A stretch of 64,000 nucleotides of DNA from Thraustochytrium aureum. Its lineage: Eukaryota. A model generated the notes under the pieces. The model was not told where the DNA came from and searched no databases. It saw only the letters and a list, made by a program, of their open reading frames with translations. The position numbers and the translations under genes are program-made. The stretch covers positions 29,812 to 93,811 of the forward strand of contig BLSG01000322.1 in assembly GCA_012862495.1 (NCBI GenBank), written 5' to 3'. Of this stretch, positions 22,163-34,085 are shown one piece after another. Position 1 is the stretch's first letter. The number at the start of each line of letters is the position of its first letter.

Positions 22163-24356
22163 ATGGCGGACGCGGCGGCGGCGACGGGGAGGGACGAAGC
22201 CTTCAAGCGGCTGTGGAAGGGCGAAGGGCCCGGAAATTGGGCCGCGGCGGCCAACACGATTCGAAAGGACGTGGGGGGGGAAGACCTGTGGGACGAGCTC
22301 CTGGCGAGCGTGGCTGCCGGGTACGACACGACGATCACACTGTGCGCGCGGGACGTGGAGTTTCAAGATGAGGATCGCGCTGGGCAGGCCATCGCGTTCG
22401 AGGATTTCTTCCTGCTTGTCAAGTGGCCGCAAGGCGCCCTGCAGTTTGAGTTGAACGTCTCTGCCGAAGTGCCGTTCTACGAGGTGCGCGCGGCAAACGC
22501 GAACGCAGCAAACGCGAACGCAGCGACGAGCGCGGCGCAGTACCGCGTGGTCGAGGAAAGGGTTGGCATGTCGGACCCGATGCGCGCGCGGCTGCGAGAG
22601 ATGTGCGGCGTGAGTCTCTGGTCGTTCCTCGTCGCCAACTCTGAGCATGTCGCCAGGTACGTGTGGAGCGGGCGCTGGTTCTCCAACCAGGCATCCGCGC
22701 TGGCGGCCAAGCTCCCTAGAGCGCCAAGCGAAGCCGAACTCGCTACGGCGCGCCCCGCTGGCCTTGAAGCGGACAGCGACGGAGCCGTCGAGGTCAACGT
22801 CGTGTTCTACGGCAAGGTGAGCTCCGGCAAGAGCCAGCTTGTGCGCGCGCTCCTGAGCGAGGCGACAGGGCAGGTCATTCCAGAGGAGAACTTTAAGATT
22901 TCAGCCACCGGCGGGTCCACGGTGACCTGCAAGAGCTACTTTTACGAGCAGATGGCGCTCGTCACAGAGGGGCGCGAACCTCGCTCGCCTTTGGGCTCGA
23001 CGGAAAGTAAACAAGGTGGACAGGAACAGGCCAGCTCGGCGGCGGCGACCGCCGCCGGGACCGACAGTGGGCGTGCCGCAAGTGGTAGTGCCAACGTCAA
23101 GCCCACGGAAGGCCAGCAGGACGGCCAGGACCAGGCCGGCTCGGCGGCGGCGAGTGCCAGCCGTGCGAGTGCCGAGAGCGCGAGTGCCGAGAGTGCTGAG
23201 AGTGCAGTGCCGAGAGTGCCACAGACTCCCAGCCGCCCGCCGGCTCGAGCCAGCAGAGAGCCAAGCGAACGCCAGCCCCGTCGGCGGAGTCAACCAACGG
23301 CCGGGTTCCCAAAAGCGAGCGAGAGTCGTCTTCTGGGACACGCCCGGCATCGGCCTGAAGATGCCGACTGGGGAGCTGAGCTTTCAAGACATCAAGCGCG
23401 GGATTGACGCTGGCGTCGCCATCGTCGACTTGTGCGTGTTCGTGTTTAACGGCGACGGGAACGAGGAGCTCTACGAGCCCTACATGGATATGATCAAGCA
23501 GATCTGCGATAAAAACGGGTATGCTCAAGGCTCGCCAGAGTTTAACCGCACCGTGCGCCGCGTCGTGCTTGTGCGCACCCACGGCGACGGCTTCGCTTGG
23601 GATCTCAAGCGCCCTTTGCAGGAGCAGTTTGCTGCGGGCGAGTCGCCCGCAGAGGTTCGCGAGCTTCTGGAGAGTGTGGCGACACGGGCAAACGAGCGGC
23701 TCGAGCGCGCAGGGTTCTCGGGACGGCTCCGGGCGAGCGACCTCTGCCACGTCTCGACTCGCGCTTTTATCCCAGACTACAAGGGCGAGGCCTTTGCTCA
23801 AATGTACACTCAGCGGACCTACGGGCTGAGGCACTTGCTGGACAAGATTTTTGCCACCGCAACTGCCGAGGTCAACATCATCCAGCTCGAGAAGCATCGG
23901 CGTAAGCTTGAAACCGTCGTGTCCGGGATCAAGAAGGAGATCGCGTTCGGGACGGCCGGCGGTGCTACGGCCGGCCTGGGCCTCGGGGGGCTGGCCATCG
24001 GGGCGTACTCGGTTTTCGAAGGGGTTGCGGCGTTGTACGGCGTTAACGCTGCGCTTGGCCTGGGGCTGAGCTCGGTGGTTGTCGGCGCTCCTGTCGTGGC
24101 TGGCACCTTTCTGGGCGGGCTCGTCGCTGCTGCTTACAAACGCAACGCGATCAGCGAGTACATGACGTTGCAAGCGGAGCAGGAGGGGCTTTCTTCAAGC
24201 GTCGCCACAGCCGGCTTTGGGGCGGACGAGGTCGCGTCGCCGTCCGCGGACGCCCCCGCGCCGCCCTCAGCCGACGACGCCGCCTTGCCAGTCCCTGCTC
24301 CTGCAGATGCGACCAACGACGTTGCGCCTTCTGGGCCTGTACATACTACGAAGTAG
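22163..24356 (+). CDS. TRAFAC-class P-loop GTPase with C-terminal Gly-rich hydrophobic helices (paralog B), frameshifted
   Basis: G1 GKVSSGKS (22811-22834), G2 GGST, low-complexity insert, G3 DTPG, VDLCVFVFNGD, VRTHGD, HVST. C-terminal GxxxG-rich hydrophobic segments. Joins ORFs ending 23407 and 24356. Confidence 0.8.
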
Positions 24357-24803
24357 GGAGAAGGTATTACTCTACTCCTCGACCGTCGTTCTTGCATGCG
24401 AGTACCTTCTCGCTCTACCCAGCCACCAACTGGGCCGCTCCCAGCTGGCCGCGCACAGTTGCAGCCTCCTTGGGGGCACCGGCATTCGGACCACGCCGTT
24501 CGCTGCCGAGCAAGTTGTTCTCTGCTGAGCATCTGTTCGCCAGAACTGCGAGCAAAGAAGAGGGAGGGAGCAACGTGCAGATGGCTGTAGTAGTGTGCGA
24601 CTGCGCGATGCTTTGCTTTTTGCTTTGCAGTCACCAAACGAGCAGAGCCGAGCAGAGCCGAGCAGAGCTGCGCAGAGCTGAGCCGAGCTGAGCGCTGACT
24701 GACGCCAGCGGCCTCGAGCACGCCAGAACAAGAGGTCGGGAGGGCTTGAACGGCGACGCAGGGGGGTGCAGCGCAACAGCTTGGACCGCGGTTGACGCAC
24801 AAG

Positions 24804-25138
24804 ATGAGCACTCTCGTTTCGCAAGTGGTGGAGCGTACGTCGAACACGGTCACTCCGAAAGTCGCGAACAGCACCCTGCAGATCGTGCTTGGAGTGATCA
24901 ACTGCTTTTTGTTGGCATCGGCGTCCTGATCGCAGGGATCCTCAACAACGACCTCCCCGACGTCTTAATTGGCGTCCTTCAGCTGGTGATCCCCTTTGTG
25001 GGCTGGTACGTTGCTCGGTTGTTGAGAAAAGGGGCCGCTTTGCATGGCTTGCTTGCTGACGTGCGCGTGTGGCGTGGCTGGCGAAGGGTTTGGGCCATCG
25101 TCTGGGGCATCCTCATGGTCAGCAGAGGCCTAAAGTAG
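24804..25138 (+). CDS. Small hydrophobic Spec3/Stum-like membrane protein (2 exons, one frameshift)
   Basis: MSTLVSQVV..IVLGVINCF, shift in T5 at ~24906, then GIGVLIAG...IGVLQLVIPFVGW. Intron 25006-25086 (GTACGT..GCTGAC..AAG), then VWAIVWGILMV; matches the 'G.lQl...vGWiWsi.WG' pattern. Confidence 0.65.
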
Positions 25139-25614
25139 AGCGCCAGCAGCCAGGGGCGCTCCAGGCTGCCGTGAGCGCAAGTGCAGCGCCTGGCGTTGGT
25201 CGGCACGCGCGCGGAGCGACGGGCCCGTAGATGCAGCTCTGCCTGCCGCCATTGCCAGCCCCAGCGCTTGGGTTTGTATCCCCCAAGCTCAACTTGTTCT
25301 GAATTGTTCTTGCACGGTCGCCCCAGCGGGCCTGCCAAGTCAAGGCCACGGCGAGCAGAGCAGTCCAGGCAAGTTGTCAAGATAATGAATAAGCGTGTTT
25401 TGTTCGTTGTATATGTACTGTATGGTGCCGTCGAGGCCGAGCCGAGCTTGCGCAGGCTGAGTGGCCCCTTGGAGGGAGGCCAGCCAGACTCCGTTTCGCC
25501 CGATTCAACCTCTTCTTGTCAGTCAAGCTCGCACCAGGCTGGAAGGTTGTCCAGCGCTTCTCGCCCGGCTGCGCTCCGTTGTTGATTCTAAAGAGGCTAC
25601 GTCGTGCCCCGAGA

Positions 25615-25830
25615 TCAAAGTGACTTGCTACGCGACTGCATGCCTGCCCGCTGCAAGTCGTCTAGGCTGCCGAGTGCCCACTCGAGGCTGATGGCGTGCA
25701 CGATGTGCTGCTGCAGCTCCTGCAGCGCGGCGATTGTTGGCGGCATCGCGGAGGAGCTGGCAAACTTTGCAGCCTCCGAGTGTGGCCTTCCGCGTCCAAG
25801 CGCCGAGGTCTGGCGCCTCAGCGTCTGCAT
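25615..25830 (-). CDS. Small hypothetical protein (71 aa), paralog of 28373-28582
   Basis: Shares ALGRG[RK]PHSEAA[KR][FY]..PT[IV]AA..SLEW.LG.LD.L with the second copy, with many synonymous codon differences. Confidence 0.55.
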   Translation of the reverse strand: MQTLRRQTSALGRGRPHSEAAKFASSSAMPPTIAALQELQQHIVHAISLEWALGSLDDLQRAGMQSRSKSL

Positions 25831-28372
25831 CCTCTATAAAGCTCCTGCGCCGCTGCGACTTCGCTCGGCCGAGACGGCCTCCGCCCGAGGCCCTGCGCGC
25901 CGCTCCGCTTCAGGCGCGCTCCAAGCCCCCTTTCGCCCCTTCCCTTTCGCCCACTTCCGNNNNNNNNNNNNNNNNNNNNNNNNNNNNNNNNNNNNNNNNN
26001 NNNNNNNNNNNNNNNNNNNNNNNNNNNNNNNNNNNNNNNNNNNNNNNNNNNNNNNNNNNNNNGTGCGCAACACTGCGTCACCTCGCTTCACCGCTGGAGT
26101 CTCGTCGCCCGCGCGATTGTGCTCTGCTGCAGTGCGCTCGTGCTCGATCGCGTACTGGGCTCTTGGGCTCGCTGGCTGGCTGGCTGGCTGGCTGGCGTGG
26201 TTCGGTCTTCGCTTTGGGTTTGGTCTGGTGCGGTTTGTGTTCGTTCAGGCGCCTGTGCCAACTCTGCATTCTTCAGCGTGTGTCCTTGTGCGCCGCAAAA
26301 ACAAAAAAAAAGCAAAACTAAACGAGGTCCACCGCGTCCCGTACGGTCGATCCCTCCGCATTCATCCGACGGCGTCAATACTCATTCAATACCCAAACCC
26401 AGTTCGCCAACGCCACGAATACGATAATTCAATAGTGGGCGAAATTGCGCGCGTGTAACCCCCGCAGATAGCGACGCAAGGTAGGCGTTCGGGCCGCTGT
26501 GGAAGTACCCGTGCGTATCGATGCCACGGGACACGGCGCGGCGGAGGCACGAGCCTCCTGCGTGAGTGACACAACATGGACTCGCAGCGAGTCCCGGCGA
26601 CGTCCCGAATGCGCCGTGGCCGAAACGACACGAGCAGCGTGGAGTACTTCGCCAAGCCAAGGTAAGTCCTCACTATACTCTACTCCTCGAGGTCTCTCGC
26701 GAGCTAGAGGTTGCTGCGCCGACCGAGGCTGAGCGGGCTGAGGTGGGCTGCGCCGACCGGCTGAGCGGGCTGAGGCGGGCTGAGGCGGGCTGCGCCGAAG
26801 TCGGAATGCAGTCAGAACAGATTGATGAATCCCATTATTGATCAGCAGCGCGCTTTGTTGCATTGAACCGGCGCCAAGGGCTTCAGCGGGGAATCACTCC
26901 AAGGCGGCAGCGAGCTCCTGGCCGGCGTGACTCCGCCAACGAACGAACCACAAGCGGCGGAGCTGACACCAAGCCTCCTTGTGAGGCAGGCAGGCCGGCC
27001 GGCCGGGCTCGCTTGTGAGCGCCGATGCAGTTCGTTTCGAGGCGGAGACGAGTCGGTGCGACGTGTCGGTGCCCGGTTGTTTTGCCTCGAAGTTGTTGTG
27101 GACTTGTGAAAAATGGACGGGCCTTTACGGCGCGCGGAACGCCGTGCCTTTATTACGTTGCACCTGACCTTGACCCTGCGAGATAGACGAACAAGACCCG
27201 GAGTAGCGAGCGTCAGTGACAAGTGCGGAGTTCGAAAGTGTGAAGACGGGTTTTTAGCGGGTCAAGATTCGGCGCGAACGTTGCGCTGCGCACGCTGTCC
27301 CCTCCGCTAAGGCGGAGATGACCGTTCCAGGCTTCCTGGTCCGCCGCCCGCGCTCGGCATCCCTTGACGTGGCCTGTGCGCCGGCCTGGCTGTCTGTGCA
27401 GTCAGCGCCAGCCCCAGCGCCCTTGTCCGGCGACCTTGTAGTCAATCAAATGCAAGAGAATCACAATGGCGTGGCGGGGCGAAAGTGCCGCGCCGAAGGA
27501 AGCGGCCCCCCAAAAAATGGACTTGGACTCTTTTGGCAAGGACGAACCCGGCGCTGGCAAGACGTCGTTCTTGCGCGGCTGCTCTGAGGTCGCGCGTTGG
27601 AAGCTCGAGCCCTCCTTGGCATCAGGGCCGCGCCACGACGTCGTGCCGATGCTCTTGGTCCAAAAAGTCACGTGCCGCGCGTGGAATATGTCCAAGCGCC
27701 TGCAGGTGCGACGAGTGATCGACGTCAACTAAGAAAAATAGTGCACGTGACGCCGTGCCGCAGCTGCCGGCGGTGGCCTGTTGACGCAGCTCCTCCATGG
27801 GGCGCCTGGTCACCTGTCGGGTTGATTGACCTGGACTCGTCTCAAAGGAAAAAAGTTGATCTCTGTGATTGATTGAGTAGAGTGAGTACTTCGGTCGGCA
27901 GGCGAGGAATCCATTTTCGAGACCGCCTGGGACCCAAGCGTACTCACCCGGCCCACTACCCTAGGTAGTACTCTACCGAAGCTCGAACCGCCGCCCGCGC
28001 GCACATGCGTCAGCAAACCCGCAACGATCACAATCAAAAGCATCAAGGCGGTAACTGCGACAAGAGCGGCGCAGAGGGCATAATTTGACCGCCTTGCATT
28101 GACGGAACAACGTGCGACAAATACGAACTCGACGTCGAGCAGCGCAGGACCAAGCAAGGCCAGGGACGCAAGGGCGCCGAGGCCGTGCAAGCGAAGGGCA
28201 CAGACGCCGAGACCTCGCGGCTCGCGCGCCTTGGCGAACGAACGGTGGGGGGTCGCGACCTCAACCAGGACAAGCCTTGTTGTTTATGTTCGAACGTGAG
28301 CGAGTCTGCTCGAGCTGAGGCCTCTGGCAGCACGTAGCTTGGCAGGTTGAGGCAAACGCGCTTCCGCGAACG

Positions 28373-28582
28373 ATGCAGCAGGCGCTCGCTCGAGGCTCGC
28401 AAGCGGCGCTCGGGCGCGGGAAGCCCCACTCGGAAGCGGCCAGGTATGTCGCATCTGGCAACGCTCCCACCGTGGCAGCCATTACTGGAGGCGTGCAGGC
28501 GCTCGTAAGCTTGTGCTCGCTCGAGTGGATGCTGGGCAACCTCGACCGGCTGCGCGAGGAGGCCGCCGCCAAAAAAAGGTGA
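28373..28582 (+). CDS. Small hypothetical protein (69 aa), paralog of 25615-25830
   Basis: Same motif set as 25615-25830. The stop follows an A8 run, so the true protein may be longer. Confidence 0.55.
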   Translation: MQQALARGSQAALGRGKPHSEAARYVASGNAPTVAAITGGVQALVSLCSLEWMLGNLDRLREEAAAKKR

Positions 28583-28746
28583 CAACGAGCGCTGCACGGC
28601 CGCCCGGCTCCCGGCGCCTCCTCGGCCCCAGAGTTGGCAGTACTTGCGCAAGCGCACGCAAGAACCAGGCCTCCGGGTCCATGCACTTTCACTTTAGCAA
28701 GAGGAGTGTAGGTAGAGATGAAGTTCAAAAAATAGCTTGATGACTG

Positions 28747-30555
28747 TCAGGAGCCTCGCGACGAGCTTGACGAAGCATGATGCCCTGGAGATCTGGAGGA
28801 CGCTCCTGTGCCCTCTGTGCCCTCGAACTCCTGGTCCATCGCTTCCCTCGACACACGCGCCTCCGCAGCCGCAATCTCGCGGCGGAGGAGGGAGCGGCAC
28901 AGCTTCGTGAAATTGCTGCGCGAAATGTGGTAGTCGCCCACAAAGAGCGTGGCCTCCTTGTGCTGCACACCCTGCACGTGGTCCTCGATGCGGACCTCGC
29001 TTACGCCGGATCTCTGCAGCAGGTACGCTGTGCGGATCATCATCGCAGACCAGATACACGACTTGGCTGGTGCATGCGCGAGACTCATCTTAAACGCCTG
29101 GAGGACGACGCGGCACGACTCGTGCAGGAGGAAAACGCGATGATCTGACGCAGAGCTCTGCTCAAACTCTCCAGGGTTCAAGTGAATCTGATCGCGCCGC
29201 TGGAAGAGAAAGTCGTAGTCGTCAAAGAACAGGACCGCATTCCGGTGTTTCGGCTTGTCGCGCAGCTGCGACTGGGCAAGCTCATGCCGCTCCTCCGGGC
29301 GAAGCTGGCTGACATGGTAAGCCTCCAGAGAGTCNNNNNNNNNNNNNNNNNNNNNNNNNNNNNNNNNNNNNNNNNNNNNNNNNNNNNNNNNNNNNNNNNN
29401 NNNNNNNNNNNNNNNNNNNNNNNNNNNNNNNNNNNNNNNNNNNNNNNNNNNNNNNNNNNNNNNNNNNNNNNNNNNNNNNNNNNNNNNNNNNNNNNNNNNN
29501 NNNNNNNNNNNNNNNNNNNNNNNNNNNNNNNNNNNNNNNNNNNNNNNNNNNNNNNNNNNNNNNNNNNNNNNNNNNNNNNNNNNNNNNNNNNNNNNNNNNN
29601 NNNNNNNNNNNNNNNNNNNNNNNNNNNNNNNNNNNNNNNNNNNNNNNNNNNNNNNNNNNNNNNNNNNNNNNNNNNNNNNNNNNNNNNNNNNNNNNNNNNN
29701 NNNNNNNNNNNNNNNNNNNNNNNNNNNNNNNNNNNNNNNNNNNNNNNNNNNNNNNNNNGGGAGCGCCGACGGTCCCCGCGAAGCTTTGAAAGTCTCCTAG
29801 TGAGTCATGCTGCGCGGTGAAAAGGTTGGCGTCCAAGACGCCTGAGCGGTCCCCGCCAGAGAGCGTCCCTCGACGCCGCCCTTGCTGCCGCGTTTGCAAC
29901 TCGAACGCGCGGTCCGCTTCCTGCACGATCTCCGCATGCTGCTGTTCGCGAGCGCTGGACTGGACTGGCAAACCACTTTCGCGCTCTCCCGCGCCCACGT
30001 CGCCCCCGCCGCCAATGTTGTCTTCGTCGTCCTCATCGTCAGCGAGGGTGAGCGAGAAATCGTCTTGCTGGAGGTGCTTGAGCGGTCTGTCGCCCCCGCT
30101 TTCGCTGGCACGGCCAGCGCCGTCTCGGCTGAACCCGGCGCCTCGGTAGTGCGCTGGACGCGACCCCGGGGATGTGGAATCCACGGGAAAGTGGGTCTAC
30201 CTCTTGGAGCGCCGCTTGCTCGTCGTCAACGGCCCAGAGCGGCGGCTGGCGCGAGGACGACGTCGCGGATCCTGTCCGGTCTGCGGCACTGCGCGAGCTG
30301 TCACGTTCGCGCCGCCCGAGGTGGCTGGGGGTCTCTAACAGGTCTTGGAGGCTGTGCTCGCGGTGGTGGCTCGGGTGCTCCACGCTTTCACTGTCGTCGG
30401 AGAACCCAGCGCTTGCGAAAGAAGTCCTGGCTCTGCTGGCGGGCCTTTGCTCCAGGCCCACCCATGGCATTTGCGAGGTCCTGCTCTTCTCGTGTGTGCT
30501 CTCGCGCGCGCTGCCCGGCGCTACCTAGGCGGTCGCTCCCTCGCTGCTCGTTCAT
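28747..30555 (-). CDS. Hypothetical protein: disordered acidic N-terminus, globular C-terminal domain (spans gap, frameshifted)
   Basis: The frame of ORF 28747-29181 stays open up to the gap (DSLEAYHVSQLRPEERHELAQSQLRDKPKHRNAVLFFDDYDFLFQRRDQIHLNPGEF). Coding-like ORFs 29760-30184 and 30039-30470 lie upstream; GCCATG at 30555. Confidence 0.5.
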
Positions 30556-32255
30556 GGCAGAGGCTCGTCGTGTTGTCGCACCGACAACCCAAGCAGCCGT
30601 CGGCCCGAGCTTGTGTCGGTGCGGTCGCGCGACTTCGGTTGCCGCTCTGTCTACAACCGGATGTCGGCGATGGCCCGAGGAGGACCGGTCTCTGGTCTGG
30701 TCTGGTCTGGTCTGCTTGCGTGCTCGCTTGCGCTGGCGGGGTTTGTGCTTGAGCCTTGAAGCAAAAAGTGCCGCGAGCGCTTGGAAAACTTAGTTGGGAT
30801 GCACGGATGCGACTTTGCACATCAGCCGGGGAAAGCGACACGCTCTTCCGCACTGAGGACCTCGGAACTTTGACGGCAACTGTTCAGGTTCGGGAGGCCG
30901 CACCTTCTGTCGCTCACACGCGTGCGAGTGCTGTGCGACCAGCTTTGGAAAGTCCCGCGACTGATCGTGGCGTCGAGCCCCACCTCCAACAACCCCAAAA
31001 GCACGCGCTGTTTGACGTTCTGTGACGTAGTTTCCTTGAAGCCCGAGCCTCGTGTGAGGTGGGAATGGCCGCGCCTTTCACACACCGCTCACTGGTCCAC
31101 TGTATCGCTCTGAGTTGCGCGATACGAGTCCGCGTCGAGAACTCAATCAGCGGCGGACCTGCGGATTGCGCCGAAATCTGAAAACGCCCTAAACCGCGCG
31201 CTGCTCTTGAACCAGTCGTTGGCGTGGAACGCCAGACACAAGTCTACAGGCCGGTTCCGTCGAGCGCTGTCCTTGGTCAGGAACGCGCGGATCTGGTTGT
31301 TGCCGCTCGGAGTAGAGAGAGAGTCGGCCTGTCCCTGGTTCCGCAATGCTGTAATCCAGGCCACTGCAGCGGCAGTACAAGTAGAAGAAGGAGAGGGAAC
31401 ACTCCTCCGTGGTAAATCAGAGCTCAAGGGCGAGCCTGAATCCAAGCTGTGCTTGCGCCCGAGCGTCCGTACGTTTCCCAAGGCAATGAATGGTCTCAGC
31501 TGAATTCAGGGACAGGAAACAGAAAACGAGTCTCGCTGCAGAACGACGACAGACGAGACGCGTCGGAGCGGCAGTTGAGTCTGGTCGGGCCCTGGCCCCC
31601 ACCTCCACGACTGCGCGCTACACGCTCAGGACCGCCGACGGTTGGTAGCACGCCGCGGAGATGCTCACGACCGAGGTCGGACGTACGATTCAGCGCAGCG
31701 GTGCGATCGCCTTGCAAACCGGGTCCGCGAGCCGACCGCGTTGACCTCCAGAGCAATCCTCGGCTTGCTTTCTCGCTCTAGAGCAACGTGCTGCTGGGGG
31801 GCAGCGCACAGCGACGACCTTGCCGACGCTGTTTCGAGCTCTGATCGCCGTCTCCCTTCGGCGCTCGTCGCCGCAAGCAAAAGCGATACTGGCAGGGAAA
31901 GTATGCGCGTCGCCCTCAGTTGAGCCTCTCTCGCAATGGCCCCCTCAAGGTGAACGCCACAGCCCGGGGGCGACGACGATCCCTTCGATAGGCCGATGCC
32001 TCGCAGCAGCAGCCGCGGCGCACCGTGCAGCGCAAGCCGCTGGTTGCGTTGAGGTTGGTTTTCCGTGCTGTCCAGCGCGGCGGGGCAAGCCGGTGTCTCC
32101 CTGCAGGAAGCGGCCGGGCCGCTTCGCGTTCAGATACGCTGGCGGCCCCTGTCCGGGACCGCCGAGGAGTCCCGAGTCCCAAGTCTGCAGGGCCCCAAAG
32201 GACGGATCCGAGCTTGCTCCTTGCGCGCAAATCCCACCGGCAGCGCTGCGGCGGT

Positions 32256-32257
<2 letters not shown>

Positions 32258-32299
<42 letters not shown>
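32258..32299. repeat. (CTG)14 microsatellite at gap edge
   Basis: Directly visible. Confidence 0.95.
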
Positions 32300-32301
<2 letters not shown>

Positions 32302-34085
32302 TGCNNNNNNNNNNNNNNNNNNNNNNNNNNNNNNNNNNNNNNNNNNNNNNNNNNNNNNNNNNNNNNNNNNNNNNNNNNNNNNNNNNNNNNNNNNNNNNNN
32401 NNNNNNNNNNNNNNNNNNNNNNNNNNNNNNNNNNNNNNNNNNNNNNNNNNNNNNNNNNNNNNNNNNNNNNNNNNNNNNNNNNNNNNNNNNNNNNNNNNNN
32501 NNNNNNNNNNNNNNNNNNNNNNNNNNNNNNNNNNNNNNNNNNNNNNNNNNNNNNNNNNNNNNNNNNNNNNNNNNNNNNNNNNNNNNNNNNNNNNNNNNNN
32601 NNNNNNNNNNNNNNNNNNNNNNNNNNNNNNNNNNNNNNNNNNNNNNNNNNNNNNNNNNNNNNNNNNNNNNNNNNNNNNNNNNNNNNNNNNNNNNNNNNNN
32701 NNNNNNNNNNNNNNNNNGGAAAGGATAAAATGCAGAATAAATTGTGCAGCAGTGGTTTATTTTTGTGTTGTAAGATTTGCCGGGGATATCATGGGAGGCG
32801 CCGGAGACACCGCGAGCCGCTGTTTTTTTTCGCGGAGGGAGGAGGAAGGACGCGCTGCGAAGTTGCTGGGATGTCTGAGTGGCGAGGAGGAGGGCCACGT
32901 GTGACACGGGAAGCAGCGCGGCGGCGGAACGGAGCATTCCAGTGGCTGCCGAGGTGTGAATTCGTTGCTTCCTTCAGGTTTGAACGAATTATGGCCGCGT
33001 TTTCACCTTTCACGACGCAGAGTGGCGAGAGTGGAGCGACAGCGTGGCAATCTAGCGAGTCGTGTCCTCAAGAGTAGAGTAGGAGGCTCGACAGTCTTGG
33101 AAGTGGCACATCGATCACACAATAGACGCTCCTCCGTGAGTTCGGACGAGACGCGGCCTCTCGGAACGGCTGTGGAGCGCCCGGCGAGTGTGAGGGCCAA
33201 GCATCATGATCTGGGCGTTTTATTCGGAGCACCCTACTCCTCTAAGGCGGACTGCCTTACTCAGTGCACGAGTTTCTCGCTAGGAAGAACGCGCGGAGGA
33301 GCAGGAATTCCAGTGGCGCGCGGTCTCATCGAGGCGATCCAAAACCCAGAGCTCACGTCACGTCCCCGCGCGTCTCGCTCGCCTGACGTCATGCTGGAGA
33401 AAGCCGACGGACTGTGAGGTGGCGACCATCGCGAGTGCAGCCAACCCTTCATCCGGAGCCAGCTTCATCAACTTCCAAGAAAGCCCACCTCGCGGCCTCG
33501 TGTTCTAGCAGAGAGAGCGAAGGACGCTTCGCGCCTGCAAGCAGCTGCTGTCGCGGTTGTGCTGCTCTTTGACCAAGCGACTTGCCGGCGACCGACCGGA
33601 TGGAGGCAGGCCTCCGGCTCGGCGACGGCGCGCAGATCAACCTGCCCTTTCTCCCGCACGGCCATGCAGCGTACGGTACTTAGCTCTAGCTCTAGAGAGA
33701 GAGCTGCAGCGTGAGCGAAGGTCCCAACAAGCGCCGCGAATCCTTTCTCGACGCGAGAGGGCTCTGGGGACCGGCGGCGCCTGCAACGGCGATTCACTGG
33801 AATCCCGAGCGACCCTGAACAGCACAGCGGCCGGCCGGCTGGATGGCTGCTGGCTAGCTGGCTGGCCAGCCGGCTGGCCAGCTTGCTGCGCGCATTAGCA
33901 TAAATAAAAGCCACAAGGATTTTTCATTGGTGGTTTCACTGGACGGGTCGCTTCGCCACGCGATCACGGGCAGCAGCCACGCCAGCTCAGCGCGAACGCG
34001 TCAAGTACCTACCTACTGATCATGTGGCTGGCTTACAGAGGTGACTGCCGGCGTGTCCCGACTCCCGAGACTTGAGCGCGCCGAT

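Noticed and set aside
33128..33156. Minus-strand LVRTHG hexapeptide matching the GTPase G4 motif, as a third paralog
   Set aside because: No flanking similarity and no G1/G3 nearby; probably chance.
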